Shown: in pieces, positions 1 to 10,278 of the stretch | How positions within the stretch are numbered: position 1 is the first letter of the stretch | Layout of the letters: the number at the start of each line of letters is the position of its first letter | DNA from: Ignavibacteriota bacterium | GTDB taxonomy: Bacteria; Bacteroidota; Ignavibacteria; UBA10030 | DNA: 60,689 nucleotides | Direction of reading: 5' to 3' | Assembly: GCA_003142575.1 (NCBI GenBank) | Contig: PLMS01000051.1 | Span: forward strand, 560 to 61,248 | Translations under genes and position numbers: made by a program | Notes under the pieces: generated by a model | Databases searched by the model: none | Told to the model about the DNA's origin: nothing | Seen by the model: only the letters and a program-made list of their open reading frames with translations

Positions 1-608
1 GTTACCATTACAATTGTTTTCTTAAACTCTTTATTTAATCGATCGAGTAACACCATAATCTCTTCAGCGGAACGTTTATCCAGATCGCCCGTGGGTTCGT
101 CAGCCACGAGAAGAGTCGGGTCCGTAACGATTGCCCGCGCGATTGCCACGCGTTGTTCCTGCCCGCCCGAAAGCTGTTTGGGATAGTGTTGAATACGATC
201 GCCAAGACCGACGACGCCGAGTGCAAGTTCGACGTGTTTCTTCCGCTCTGCCTTAGAAAGCGATGTGAGTAATAACGGAAGCTCGACGTTCTCGAATGCG
301 GTGAGAACAGGCAGAAGATTATAGAACTGAAAAACAAAGCCGATATTGTGCGAACGCCACTTCGCCAGTGCAGATTCGTTCAGTTTGGAAATATCCGTTC
401 CAGCCACCAGAACATTACCTTTGCTGGGCCGGTCGATGCCGGCTATAAGATTGAGTAATGTTGTCTTACCGGAACCGGATGGGCCCATGAGTCCTAGAAA
501 CTCTCCCTCGTGAACATCGATGGAAATGTCGTTGAGAACGGGGATTTCAAAACTATCCCGCCAATAGGATTTAGAAACGTTTTGAACTTGGATGATTGTG
601 TTGGGCAT
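1..608 (-). CDS. ABC transporter ATP-binding protein (MacB/LolD type), 3' end runs off the window
   Basis: Own translation from ATG at 608: [15 protein letters not shown]...GPSGSGKTT (Walker A)...[14 protein letters not shown] (signature)...LLVADEPTG (Walker B). Not in ORF track because truncated. Confidence 0.93.
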   Translation of the reverse strand, partial: MPNTIIQVQNVSKSYWRDSFEIPVLNDISIDVHEGEFLGLMGPSGSGKTTLLNLIAGIDRPSKGNVLVAGTDISKLNESALAKWRSHNIGFVFQFYNLLPVLTAFENVELPLLLTSLSKAERKKHVELALGVVGLGDRIQHYPKQLSGGQEQRVAIARAIVTDPTLLVADEPTGDLDKRSAEEIMVLLDRLNKEFKKTIVMV

Positions 609-637
609 GTTTTCTCCAGATGATTGTGTTTCATAGA

Positions 638-672
638 AAAGAAGTCAGGAATAAGACATAAGAATGAGGAAT
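638..672. repeat. Degenerate 7-bp tandem repeat arm (TNAGAAD), about 5 units, downstream of four-helix-bundle gene
   Basis: aaagaag tcaggaa taagaca taagaat gaggaat; reverse complement of the consensus at 1058-1141. Confidence 0.6.
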
Positions 673-675
673 ATT

Positions 676-1038
676 TTATTTCGAATTACGTATAGCCTTG
701 ATATATCCATTTAACAATTTGCTCGCCTCTTCAAGCTGCGGCATGATAAGATCGGACTTCAGAAAAGCAAGATCTGAAGAAAGAATTATAAAGTATCGGC
801 ATCCCTCTATGGATCCTTGCGCAATATTGAAAAATCTAAGTTTATCGAGTTTTCCGTTTTTCCGAAAACCCTCTTAAATATTTGCTGGAATCGAAATGGC
901 AGCTCGACGAAGTTGCTGTGTTATTCCAAACAGTTCATTCTTTGGAAAATTATCAGTCATTTGATAAATTGATAACACAAATTGATGCGCCTTTTGCCAC
1001 ACAATCAAATCCTGAAACGACTTTGCTGGTTCGCTCAT
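676..1038 (-). pseudogene. Four-helix-bundle protein (23S rRNA IVS / Avd-like family) with in-frame TAA
   Basis: MSEPAKSFQDLIVWQKAH...QLRRAAISIPANI*EGFRKNGKLDKLRFFNIAQGSIEGCRYFIILSSDL...LLNGYIKAIRNSK*. The family motif continues in frame past the TAA at 874-876. Confidence 0.85.
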
Positions 1039-1057
1039 GCTTTTCCCATGTCCTAAA

Positions 1058-1141
1058 ATACTTATTTCTGATTTCATATTTCCTAATTCTTGTTTTTCTC
1101 TTCTAAATTCTATTTTCTTACTTCTGAATTCTTCCTTCTAT
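1058..1141. repeat. Degenerate 7-bp tandem repeat arm (HTTCTNA), 12 units, upstream of four-helix-bundle gene
   Basis: atactta tttctga tttcata tttccta attcttg tttttct cttctaa attctat tttctta cttctga attcttc cttctat, in unbroken 7-nt phase. Confidence 0.8.
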
Positions 1142-1143
1142 CT

Positions 1144-2331
1144 TTACAACACCTTCACTTTTGTTCCATCAGTGATCGAGGCATCTACTTTATCAATCAC
1201 TTTTTCTCCGGAAGTGAGACCGTCTGTGATTTCAACAAGTGTTCCCATCGTACGACCGACAGAAATTGTAACAGATGATACTTTATTATCTATCACGCGA
1301 AATGCAATTTTCTTGCCATCGCGTTCGACAATTGCAGATGCTGGAATAGTAAGACGCGGTTTTTCGGTGGATGCGGCTGCATCGGATACTTTTGTTAGAT
1401 ACAACACCTTTGCTCCCATTTCCGGTAACACACGATTGTCGTACGATTTGAAGGCAACCTTTACCATCACCGTTGCTTTTGCACGGTCGGCTGTCGGAAC
1501 AATCTTTGCGACATACCCCTGATAGCGAACTTCTGGATATGCATCGAGTGTAATCTCGCAAGGTTGGTCGGGCTTGACGTTTTCAATATTGGATTCGGAT
1601 ACATCGGCTTCTACTTGCAGAGATTTCATATCGGCAATTGTGACAACAGCTGATTTCGAACCGACACTTGCTGCCATAGGAACGACCATTTCTCCGATGT
1701 CTGCATTCTTGGCTAAAACGGTTCCATCGAATGGTGCGCGAATAAGTGTATTTTCTAACGATACCTCCGCACCATTAACCATGGCTTTTGCCATTTCAAT
1801 ATTAGCAATGACGCGCAGCTGGCGAGCTTCAGCCGCATCGTAGTCTGCTTGAGTTGCCAATTCTTTTTCTAATAAGTCCTTCTGACGCTTGAGCGATTGC
1901 TGTGCATCTTTCAGATCAGCTTCGTTTATCCGGAGATTAGCCTTCGCCTGATCGAGTGAGGCACGCATATCGGAATCTTCAAGCCGTGCAATAATTTGAT
2001 TCTTCTTTACACGGTCTCCCTCCACCACTCCGAGATACACAAGCCTTCCGGTTCCCTTTGAAGCAACTGCTGCTTTTCGTTGTGCAACGACATATCCGCT
2101 TGCGGTGAGCACAGCATTTGATTGCGATGGGGATGTCCAGGAAACTGTCGTTAATGTTACTTCGGTTGCAGGCGTAAACAATGACTGATAGAGAAAGAAT
2201 CCAGCAATCCCGAGAACAAGAATACTGACAGCGATGCCGATATACGTACCTGTTTTTTGGGGGGGACCATCCTGCTGTTCCTGATTTCTACTAATCCGTA
2301 ATGCCGAAAGGTCGATGTGTTTGTTTTCCAT
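1144..2331 (-). CDS. Efflux transporter periplasmic adaptor subunit (MFP, MacA/HlyD-like)
   Basis: N-terminal TM, lipoyl halves (GDRVKKNQIIARL; IRAPFDGTV), coiled-coil hairpin; upstream of ABC ATPase. Alternative TTG start at 2340. Confidence 0.92.
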   Translation of the reverse strand: MENKHIDLSALRISRNQEQQDGPPQKTGTYIGIAVSILVLGIAGFFLYQSLFTPATEVTLTTVSWTSPSQSNAVLTASGYVVAQRKAAVASKGTGRLVYLGVVEGDRVKKNQIIARLEDSDMRASLDQAKANLRINEADLKDAQQSLKRQKDLLEKELATQADYDAAEARQLRVIANIEMAKAMVNGAEVSLENTLIRAPFDGTVLAKNADIGEMVVPMAASVGSKSAVVTIADMKSLQVEADVSESNIENVKPDQPCEITLDAYPEVRYQGYVAKIVPTADRAKATVMVKVAFKSYDNRVLPEMGAKVLYLTKVSDAAASTEKPRLTIPASAIVERDGKKIAFRVIDNKVSSVTISVGRTMGTLVEITDGLTSGEKVIDKVDASITDGTKVKVL

Positions 2332-2802
2332 AGGTTTCAAATGTGATTTTGGTGTTTATAAATCAGGTGTCCTTTAAAACGAGAACCTGAACTAAAAAGT
2401 TGCAAAATAAGACATAGAACATGAGCAGCAAACTATTTGAACATACAACAGAATATTTAAAAAGATATGGATAAATCGGCAAACAAAGGAAGTGTATCGG
2501 CAAATGGAGGCAAACTCTGAAAATAATGTGAAAGAACCATAAGCAAGAATATTTCTGTGTTGCATTTTCTTCGATCTTGAATTACTTTGAAGAAGGGTCT
2601 AGAGAAACTTTATTTTAAGAGAAACCGTTTATTCAGTTGAAGCAGAGCCCTCTCAGTAATTACAAAAATGCATAAAGAGGCTGTCCTATTACGAAATTAA
2701 AAATAAACCGAAATATGGCTTGATTACATTAATAATTTATGTTATTTTATACTAAGACGTAATATAATAATGTTCATCTACTTTCAAGGAGATATAACAA
2801 AT

Positions 2803-4911
2803 ATGGCAAAAGAACCATTAGTGCTTCAGGAATCGTTGGAAAATACATTTGCTTCTAACGTCTTTAGCGATGCAGCAACGAGAACCCGGCTGCCGAAGAA
2901 TATTTATAAAATGTTAAGAAGGACCATCGATGATGGTTTGCCGCTTGATCCGGCAGTTGCCGATATCGTTGCCAATGCAATGAAAGATTGGGCAATCGAA
3001 AAAGGTGCAACCCACTTTACCCATTGGTTTCAGCCGATGACCGGAATTACCGCTGAAAAGCATGATTCCTTTATTTCTCCAACCCCAGACGGACGTGTTA
3101 TTATGGAGTTTTCCGGCAAGGAATTGATCAAAGGCGAGCCGGATGCTTCATCTTTTCCGTCTGGCGGATTGCGTTCAACATTTGAAGCACGCGGATATAC
3201 AGCGTGGGATTGCACATCTCCAGCATTCCTCAAAGACAATACTCTTTGTATTCCCACAGCGTTTTGTTCGTACACGGGCGAGGCGCTTGACAAAAAGACC
3301 CCTCTTCTCCGATCGATGCAGGCTCTTTCAAAAGAAGCGGTTCGTATTCTCCGATTATTAGGAAATACAAAAGTTACTCGCGTTACAACGACGGTTGGAC
3401 CAGAGCAGGAATATTTTGTCATTGATAAAAAATTGTACGAAAAACGATTGGACCTGATTCTTACCGGACGCACACTCTTTGGCGCAAAACCACCCAAAGG
3501 ACAGGAGTTAGAGGACCATTATTTTGGAAACTTAAAAGAACGTATCGCAAAATTCATGGCAGAGGTTGATCAAGAACTTTGGAAACTCGGTGTATTAGCA
3601 AAAACAAAGCATAACGAAGTTGCACCGGCTCAGCATGAACTTGCTCCTATTTATACAACTACCAATATTGCGACCGACCACAACCAGTTAGTGATGGAAA
3701 CAATGAGGAAAGTTGCAGGCCATTACGGTTTGGTCTGCCTGTTACATGAAAAACCGTTTGCCGGTGTGAATGGTTCAGGGAAGCATAACAATTGGTCGAT
3801 GAGTACTAACGATGGACAGAACTTACTAGAGCCGGGAAATACGCCTCACGACAACGAACAATTTCTCCTGTTCCTTGCTGCTGTGATTCAGGCAGTAGAT
3901 GAATATGCCGATGTGCTCCGCGTTTCCACTGCCAACCCAGGAAACGATCATCGGTTAGGCGCGAATGAAGCACCTCCGGCTATTATCTCGATCTTCCTTG
4001 GTGAGCAATTGACTGATATTTTAGAGCAGATCGAAAACGGCGGAGCTACATCATCCAAAGTCGGCGGTGAACTGAAGCTCGGAGTAACCACACTGCCGGC
4101 ATTACCGAAAGATTCAACAGATCGGAATCGAACATCGCCGTTCGCATTCACCGGAAACAAATTCGAATTTCGCATGGTAGGATCCTCGGCATCCATTGCA
4201 GAACCGAATACTGCTTTGAATACAATCGTTGCTGAAATATTGTCGCGTATCGCGAGTCGTTTAGAGAAAGCAAAAGATGTTGACACAGAAGCGCAAAACA
4301 TTGTGACGGAGATTGTGAAGAAACATAAGCGGATTATCTACAACGGTAACAATTACACCGATGATTGGGTGAAAGAAGCTGAAAAACGCGGATTGCCCAA
4401 TATCAAGTCCACAGTTGCCGCTATTCCCACATTGATCAGCGAAAAGACTGTTAAGGTATATGAGAAGCATGGCGTCTTGAGCAAAGCGGAAATGCATTCA
4501 CGGTATGAAATATTCCTTGAGGCCTATATCAAGACGATCAACATCGAAGCATTGACCATGTTAGACATGGCAAAACGTCAAATTTTACCGGCTTCTCTTG
4601 AATATGCCGGAAAGATTGCGGCTACTCTGTCCTCGTTGAAAACCGTTGCCTCTAAATCAAGCACTGCGGATAAATTACTGGCAGAATTGACATCAACGAT
4701 CGATTCCTTCGGTAAAAATATCGAAGCACTTGAAGCTGCATCGGCCGGTAATGGTCACAGCAACGACGTTCTCAAGCATGCAGAGTACTATCGCGATGTG
4801 GTCTTTACGACTATGGCAAAACTACGAGTCGATGGCGACAAATTGGAAATGATGGTCGATGCAAATATCTGGCCTCTGCCGACATATGCCGATCTGTTGT
4901 TCAGAGTCTAA
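2803..4911 (+). CDS. glnA: Glutamine synthetase type III
   Basis: About 700 aa; [65 protein letters not shown]; AGGAG RBS before ATG 2803. Confidence 0.96.
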   Translation: MAKEPLVLQESLENTFASNVFSDAATRTRLPKNIYKMLRRTIDDGLPLDPAVADIVANAMKDWAIEKGATHFTHWFQPMTGITAEKHDSFISPTPDGRVIMEFSGKELIKGEPDASSFPSGGLRSTFEARGYTAWDCTSPAFLKDNTLCIPTAFCSYTGEALDKKTPLLRSMQALSKEAVRILRLLGNTKVTRVTTTVGPEQEYFVIDKKLYEKRLDLILTGRTLFGAKPPKGQELEDHYFGNLKERIAKFMAEVDQELWKLGVLAKTKHNEVAPAQHELAPIYTTTNIATDHNQLVMETMRKVAGHYGLVCLLHEKPFAGVNGSGKHNNWSMSTNDGQNLLEPGNTPHDNEQFLLFLAAVIQAVDEYADVLRVSTANPGNDHRLGANEAPPAIISIFLGEQLTDILEQIENGGATSSKVGGELKLGVTTLPALPKDSTDRNRTSPFAFTGNKFEFRMVGSSASIAEPNTALNTIVAEILSRIASRLEKAKDVDTEAQNIVTEIVKKHKRIIYNGNNYTDDWVKEAEKRGLPNIKSTVAAIPTLISEKTVKVYEKHGVLSKAEMHSRYEIFLEAYIKTINIEALTMLDMAKRQILPASLEYAGKIAATLSSLKTVASKSSTADKLLAELTSTIDSFGKNIEALEAASAGNGHSNDVLKHAEYYRDVVFTTMAKLRVDGDKLEMMVDANIWPLPTYADLLFRV

Positions 4912-4937
4912 GGATTTCTCGTTCCCATTCGATAAAC

Positions 4938-4980
4938 AAAAAGACCCCGCATTTAAAATTCGAGTGCGGGGTTTTATTTT
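4938..4980. terminator. Bidirectional intrinsic terminator
   Basis: accccgca / tgcggggt stem flanked by A- and T-tracts between convergent genes. Confidence 0.8.
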
Positions 4981-4995
4981 ATCATCTGCAAGCAG

Positions 4996-6498
4996 TTATA
5001 CAAATAGATGCTGTCCAAGCTCGCACTCAGGACATCGCCCCTCCAAACAATAATACTTGTAGAGTTGAATCACCGCCTGTTGATGACTCACATGTTCTTG
5101 AGGATGTCGCCCTTTCAGTAATTGCTTCTCCATTAATCTGGTGATTGAATTATCTTCAGTGGCTGGAAGAGATAGGTACACACGGAGGGCACATTCGCGA
5201 ACGGTTATATCTTTGAAGATGCGTGCGTACAAGAGCGTTACCGGGAGTACGGCATTAATAATGATCTCGCGAATACGCATGGTTCCGAGCGCTGTAACAT
5301 TCTTTGGCGCCGCTTCATCGAAATTATAATGATGTTTCCAGAAATCGTTTGTCTCTATACTAAACAGTTGAATGAGTTCGCGTTCCTTTTCTCCCTCCGA
5401 GCTATTGGTCTTTATTGTTTGGATGATGCGTCGGAAAAGATCATCGAAGAAGAACTTATTGATGAGTGCACACGCAGCAGCCATTCGGAGAGTTGGAAAG
5501 TTCGATGGTCGGGTCGGGAAGAATTGCCAGTCTGCAAGGTGAAGGATTTCGGAATGAAATGAGGGTTTCAGCACTTTCCACTCACGCGCAAGTCGTCGCA
5601 CATAATCGCGTGATTCCTTCTCTTTGAGAGAATTAAGTTTGGGAATCAATCCCGCCACTCCAAAGAGCAACGCCTGAATTCTATCCCCTCCACTCCCCGC
5701 TCCCAAATCTCCAATCATTTTCAACGTGACGCTTTGCGCCAGACGGACAAATGGTTCACGATTTTTACTGTACCCGAGTCCCTCCATGACTCCTTCGTAG
5801 AGCACTTGTTCCCAAAGTTCTTTTTGTGAGAAATCTTTCTGTGTTAACTCGGGGAGCGACGGCGGAATTTCATCGTGTTCACCTTCCAACGGCGGCTCGC
5901 CATACGGTCGCTGCCGTTCTCGCACCATCATTCGCTTTTCATGAGCAAGCTGCTTCAATCGCTCCTCAAATCGACGGAGCTTTAGTTCAAGCCGCTCCAC
6001 TGCGAGCTTCGTGAGCCAGCAATCAATCAGTTCGCTTGAGAGTATATCATTGTTTTTAAAACAGCGAAGAGTTCCTGATTTTTTTACCCGTTCATCAAGA
6101 ATAGCTTTTTGCCAAATAGTGTGAATGGATTCGGAAAGAAAATTCCCTAGAACAAGGACCGGAATTTCACGTCCGCTTTTTACAAGTGTAGGTGGAAATT
6201 TATAGCCGGCTTCGAGAACAACATGGAGAACAACTTTGTTGTAACGCGGATCTTCTTGATGCTGGTGTTGGAACCAATCGAATGTCGTACGGTGAATTTC
6301 TATGTCACCCGCATAGGTGATGTTTCCCACTTTCACTTTTGCATTGAGAAAATCCGGACCACTATCGGAATTGAGCTGTCCGACATCAATCACTCTGAGC
6401 GCTTTGCCGTCTACCGTCTGTAAAGTGGTTTTGAGATATTGATTGCTCCAGATGTGCCGAAGAAATCGTTCATGAATATTCCATGCACGGCGTTTCAT
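4996..6498 (-). CDS. DUF2851 family protein
   Basis: E..L..IW start, N.DSGPDF.NA, GDIEIH, HQ.DPRYNKVVLHVV, RPSNFPTLR, C-terminal YC..GRC..C. Confidence 0.88.
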   Translation of the reverse strand: MKRRAWNIHERFLRHIWSNQYLKTTLQTVDGKALRVIDVGQLNSDSGPDFLNAKVKVGNITYAGDIEIHRTTFDWFQHQHQEDPRYNKVVLHVVLEAGYKFPPTLVKSGREIPVLVLGNFLSESIHTIWQKAILDERVKKSGTLRCFKNNDILSSELIDCWLTKLAVERLELKLRRFEERLKQLAHEKRMMVRERQRPYGEPPLEGEHDEIPPSLPELTQKDFSQKELWEQVLYEGVMEGLGYSKNREPFVRLAQSVTLKMIGDLGAGSGGDRIQALLFGVAGLIPKLNSLKEKESRDYVRRLAREWKVLKPSFHSEILHLADWQFFPTRPSNFPTLRMAAACALINKFFFDDLFRRIIQTIKTNSSEGEKERELIQLFSIETNDFWKHHYNFDEAAPKNVTALGTMRIREIIINAVLPVTLLYARIFKDITVRECALRVYLSLPATEDNSITRLMEKQLLKGRHPQEHVSHQQAVIQLYKYYCLEGRCPECELGQHLFV

Positions 6499-6534
6499 AC
6501 TTCCTCCCGCTTGTAGTTGATGATTGGCGCGTCT

Positions 6535-7350
6535 CTAAATACTATTTCTATAGGTTCCCATTTCTTGTACCATTCTCTTCGCTTCTGCTCTTGCTGCTTC
6601 TGCAAAATCTTTTCCCGATGACGCATAGAGAATGCTTCGGCTTGCACTGATGATAGCGCACGTACCATCCTTCGTACAGCCGTCTTTTACCGCTGATACC
6701 AAATCACCGCCCTGTTTACCAATACCGGGAATGAGCAGCGGCATCTCCGGTACGATCTTGCGGATCATTTTAAGTTCACGCGGGTGTGTTGCCCCGACAA
6801 CCAGACCGATGTTCTGATTCGTATTCCATTTTTTTGCCGTCCGCACTACTTTTTCATAGAGCGGTTTACCATTTATCTTGAGTCGTTGAAAATCTTTTGA
6901 TCCGGGATTGGAAGTCAGCGCAAGCAGGAAGACACCTTTCGCCGAATTCTTCAGAAATGGTTCAACGGAATCAAATCCCATATAGGGATTAACTGTAACC
7001 GAATCAAAGCCGAAATCATCAAAGAGCGATTTCGCGTACCGCTCAGCCGTGTTACCAATATCACCGCGCTTGCCGTCTCCAATGGTGAGAACGGATTTGG
7101 GAATGATCTTCAACGTTTCCCGTAATGTGGTCAAACCACGCTCGCCCATCGCTTCATAAAAAGCGAGATTCGGTTTGTACGCACAGACAAGATCGTGTGT
7201 TGCTTCAATGATTTGTCGATTGAATTCTAGAACAGGATTCGCCGACGATTGCAGATGTTGTGGAATTTTGTCTGCATCAACATCAAGACCGATACAGAGA
7301 AGAGATTTTTGGTGGAGCTGAACATCACGAAGTTTTTGCGTAAATGTCAT
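6535..7350 (-). CDS. pyrF: Orotidine-5'-phosphate decarboxylase
   Basis: LCIGLD, YKPNLAFYE, DGKRGDIGNTA, LTSNPG, VVGAT, LIPGIGKQGG; start moved to ATG 7350. Confidence 0.96.
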   Translation of the reverse strand: MTFTQKLRDVQLHQKSLLCIGLDVDADKIPQHLQSSANPVLEFNRQIIEATHDLVCAYKPNLAFYEAMGERGLTTLRETLKIIPKSVLTIGDGKRGDIGNTAERYAKSLFDDFGFDSVTVNPYMGFDSVEPFLKNSAKGVFLLALTSNPGSKDFQRLKINGKPLYEKVVRTAKKWNTNQNIGLVVGATHPRELKMIRKIVPEMPLLIPGIGKQGGDLVSAVKDGCTKDGTCAIISASRSILYASSGKDFAEAARAEAKRMVQEMGTYRNSI

Positions 7351-7357
7351 TGGTTTT

Positions 7358-7744
7358 TTATCCTTTGATAAAAATCGAATACACAATTTCGCACGCTAAA
7401 AGTAACAGCACAACAGAAGAAACAAATACAAATCGCCAGTCACGCTCCACTCCAAATCCAACCACCGCAGTGATGACGCGAAGTATTGGCGTGAACATCA
7501 GAAAGACAAGTCCTGCAAACATCAGCGTTACAGGATCGAATGAACCGGAGAGCATCCGCATCACCAAGTTGCCGAGCGTTGGATTGCTGGAAAATACAAC
7601 GATTGTTGAAGGATACATCGCTGCGATAAGCAATCCTGCTATCATTAAACTTGCACTGACCCATACACCAATCCGAAGCACGCGGCCTGTCCAACGTTCA
7701 GCATCGTGCCTAACATTATTTGATATGGAAATGAAGTCCGGCAT
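7358..7744 (-). CDS. DUF1634-type membrane protein
   Basis: Three TM segments, VLRIGV and TPILRV motifs; typical partner of TauE/SafE genes. Confidence 0.8.
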   Translation of the reverse strand: MPDFISISNNVRHDAERWTGRVLRIGVWVSASLMIAGLLIAAMYPSTIVVFSSNPTLGNLVMRMLSGSFDPVTLMFAGLVFLMFTPILRVITAVVGFGVERDWRFVFVSSVVLLLLACEIVYSIFIKG

Positions 7745-7748
7745 TTAC

Positions 7749-8561
7749 TTATCGTAGATACAATTGAATCGAAATTCCTAATAAAGCTAAAGCAAAAATC
7801 CATGTCAACACTTTGCCATGAATTCTGCGGCTGATACGGACGCCCGTCATTGAGCCGGCAAGCACGCCAAGTGCGGCGGTCGAAGCAATAAAAGGATTCA
7901 AATGTCCGTGTGCAAAATAAATGAATGCACTTGCCGCCGCAGTCACGCCGATCATAAAATTGCTCGTTGCCGTTGCCGCCTTCATCGGAATACCGGAAAG
8001 GATATGCATTACCGGCACTTTAAAAATTCCGCCGCCGACACCAAGCAATCCTGAAACATTGCCGGCAACAATCGAGATCAGCATTGCAACCGGTATCTTC
8101 TTTACTGTATAATGTACGATTTTTCTGTTGGCATCGTCATAAAATGAGCCGGGAAGAGTGCCGTCGGTATAAATCGGCTCCTGACCTGTATGCTGCCGCG
8201 CCCGCCAAATCATCACGAGTGCAACCAGAAACAACAGTCCAGAGAAGAGTTTTGCCAGGACACTTGCGCTTAAATAGTTAGCGGTAATTCCGCCGAGAAT
8301 GGCGCCTGTTACTGTGGCAATTTCCAGCAGCATTCCAAGTCGTATATGAACCGTGCGGCGCTCAAGGTTCATTGCAGCACCAGCACTCGATGTGGCAATC
8401 ACCGCTATGATGCTTGTCGCAATCGCTTGATGCATTGGGACACCAAGAACCATTACAAGGAACGGAATTAACAGCACTCCGCCGCCAAGTCCAAGCAAGG
8501 CACCAAAGGTACCCGCCACAAACCCGCCAAACAGGAGTGAAATAAATGAAATGATCGGCAC
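7749..8561 (-). CDS. Sulfite exporter TauE/SafE family protein
   Basis: Duplicated G.LGLGGG / GLLGVGGG motifs, ATATSNFMIGVTA; likely GTG start at 8561. Confidence 0.9.
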   Translation of the reverse strand: MPIISFISLLFGGFVAGTFGALLGLGGGVLLIPFLVMVLGVPMHQAIATSIIAVIATSSAGAAMNLERRTVHIRLGMLLEIATVTGAILGGITANYLSASVLAKLFSGLLFLVALVMIWRARQHTGQEPIYTDGTLPGSFYDDANRKIVHYTVKKIPVAMLISIVAGNVSGLLGVGGGIFKVPVMHILSGIPMKAATATSNFMIGVTAAASAFIYFAHGHLNPFIASTAALGVLAGSMTGVRISRRIHGKVLTWIFALALLGISIQLYLR

Positions 8562-8799
8562 GCGAAATTCCGTATAGTAATTGTGTTTGTCTGCACTTCG
8601 ATGGTACGAAAAAGAGGTAAGAGTTTCAAATGAATAAACCATCAGTTGCCGGTGTTCAACGATCAGCTGGCGAAGAAAAAAAATGTTTTTCTTATTGTAG
8701 CGTTTATTTATCAAAAAGAATTCTTATTTTAAATTGAAGCTCTGCTTGCTTCTCCGCAAATACGAATCTTGCCACCCATCCGATCGGAGGGAAACTGAG

Positions 8800-8916
8800 A
8801 TGAAAACTTGTTACGACATCGTTCTTAATCGTATTGTTCCCTCGGAACAGGAACAAAGCCCAATTCTTGTGTTCACGAATCCGGATGATTTGGAAATAGA
8901 AAAAGTGGTACTATGA
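8800..8916 (+). CDS. Small ORF (38 aa), possible truncated CorA-like N-terminus or leader peptide
   Basis: GGAGG RBS then MKTCYDIVLNRIVPSEQEQSPILVFTNPDDLEIEKVVL; directly upstream of Mg/metal transport genes. Confidence 0.35.
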   Translation: MKTCYDIVLNRIVPSEQEQSPILVFTNPDDLEIEKVVL

Positions 8917-8975
8917 AGCAGTGGTACGAAACATTTTGAGACAAATGATAAATTTATTTAAATCATAATAATTAC

Positions 8976-10277
8976 ATGGCTTTTGAAGTAGTAAAATTTT
9001 CATACCTCAGTGAATTCATTCACCTGCCGGTTGTCCGGATCAGCGACAATAGACGGATCGGCAAATTAGTTGATCTGGCAGCAACTACATCCCAAGTGTA
9101 TCCGCGTGTAACAGGATTGATGATGCGGACACATCGCCATAAACCACCAATGTATATTCCATGGAGCAACGTCAAGCGGATAGTATTCAAAGAACATATC
9201 GCGATCGATGATTTTGCGATGGATCATGAGCAGCAAAGAAAAGCGGCAGAAAATGAGATTCTCATTTGTAAATCATTTCTCGACCAACAAATCATCTCGA
9301 CATCAGGATACAAAATCGTCCGGGTGAACGATCTTCAATTGCTTATAGAAGACAAAGCGAAAGAAAGTACTAATCTGTGGGTAGTACACATCGACATTGG
9401 ATTCAAAGGAATTTTGCGGCGGCTCGGATTCCTGCGTCCGGTGAATGCCGCATTTCGCTGGGTCACTGACCGCGATCTTAAAGATGAGTTTGTTTCATGG
9501 AAGTATGTTCAGCCAACAGCCACAACATCGGTGTATGCATCGGTACAGTTGAAGACCGATGCATCGAAGTTATCAGAAATCCATCCAGCCGATCTTGCCG
9601 ATATTCTTGAAGATCTGGGCACGGACGAACGCATCGCCCTCATTGAGTCGCTCGATCATTTTACTGCCGCTCAGACGCTTCAAGAGATGCAATTCAAGAA
9701 TCGTCTGCAAATTGTTGAATCGATGGAACCATTCAAACTAGCGCCGATTATCAACGAGATGCAAATGGACGAAGCGGTTGACTTGCTTGATGCCTGTGAT
9801 GTACAGAAACGGCAATCAGTGTATGCTCTGCTCTCTGTAGAGAAGGTGACCGAATTAAAAGAGCTTTCCAAACTTTCAAGATACAGTGTCGGCAGTATCA
9901 TGAATACCGACTTCATTACCGCGAAGTCGACCGAGAGGGTGAGCACAGCAATAGAGCGCATTCGTGTAGAGTGTGAAAAGACCGAAATATATCGATATGC
10001 TTATATACTCGATGATGATGGACGGCTGAAAGGCGTAGTAAGTTTACGCAACCTGCTGATGAGTGATGCAAAGATGTTTATTGCCGATATTATGACCGAA
10101 CAACCGATATCGGTGCAAATCGATACACGTATCCGACGTGTTGCAAAGCTTTTTTTCAAATACAATTTTGAAGCAATTCCTGTTGTGGATGAAGATGATA
10201 CACTCCAAGGATTGGTCTCGTATCGTGATGCAGTAGCATCCCTTTACCCGGAAATAAAAGAAGAGGATACCGTATAA
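8976..10277 (+). CDS. Soluble MgtE-like protein (PRC-barrel repeats + MgtE_N + CBS pair, no TM domain)
   Basis: IGKLVDL / VRVNDL PRC-like segments, IHPADLADILE (MgtE_N), VGSIMNTDFI and AIPVVD (CBS). Confidence 0.88.
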   Translation: MAFEVVKFSYLSEFIHLPVVRISDNRRIGKLVDLAATTSQVYPRVTGLMMRTHRHKPPMYIPWSNVKRIVFKEHIAIDDFAMDHEQQRKAAENEILICKSFLDQQIISTSGYKIVRVNDLQLLIEDKAKESTNLWVVHIDIGFKGILRRLGFLRPVNAAFRWVTDRDLKDEFVSWKYVQPTATTSVYASVQLKTDASKLSEIHPADLADILEDLGTDERIALIESLDHFTAAQTLQEMQFKNRLQIVESMEPFKLAPIINEMQMDEAVDLLDACDVQKRQSVYALLSVEKVTELKELSKLSRYSVGSIMNTDFITAKSTERVSTAIERIRVECEKTEIYRYAYILDDDGRLKGVVSLRNLLMSDAKMFIADIMTEQPISVQIDTRIRRVAKLFFKYNFEAIPVVDEDDTLQGLVSYRDAVASLYPEIKEEDTV

Positions 10278-10278
10278 T

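Noticed and set aside
676-1038. Diversity-generating retroelement, suggested by the Avd-like fold
   Set aside because: No reverse transcriptase or template/variable repeat pair seen in the window.
2580-2700. glnA riboswitch or ANTAR hairpins upstream of glnA
   Set aside because: Only a loose gagccctct...agaggct pairing; no recognisable consensus or terminator.
8734-8975. M-box (ykoK) or yybP-ykoY riboswitch upstream of the Mg/Nramp genes
   Set aside because: I could not find the conserved sequence elements of either RNA; an Rfam scan would settle it.
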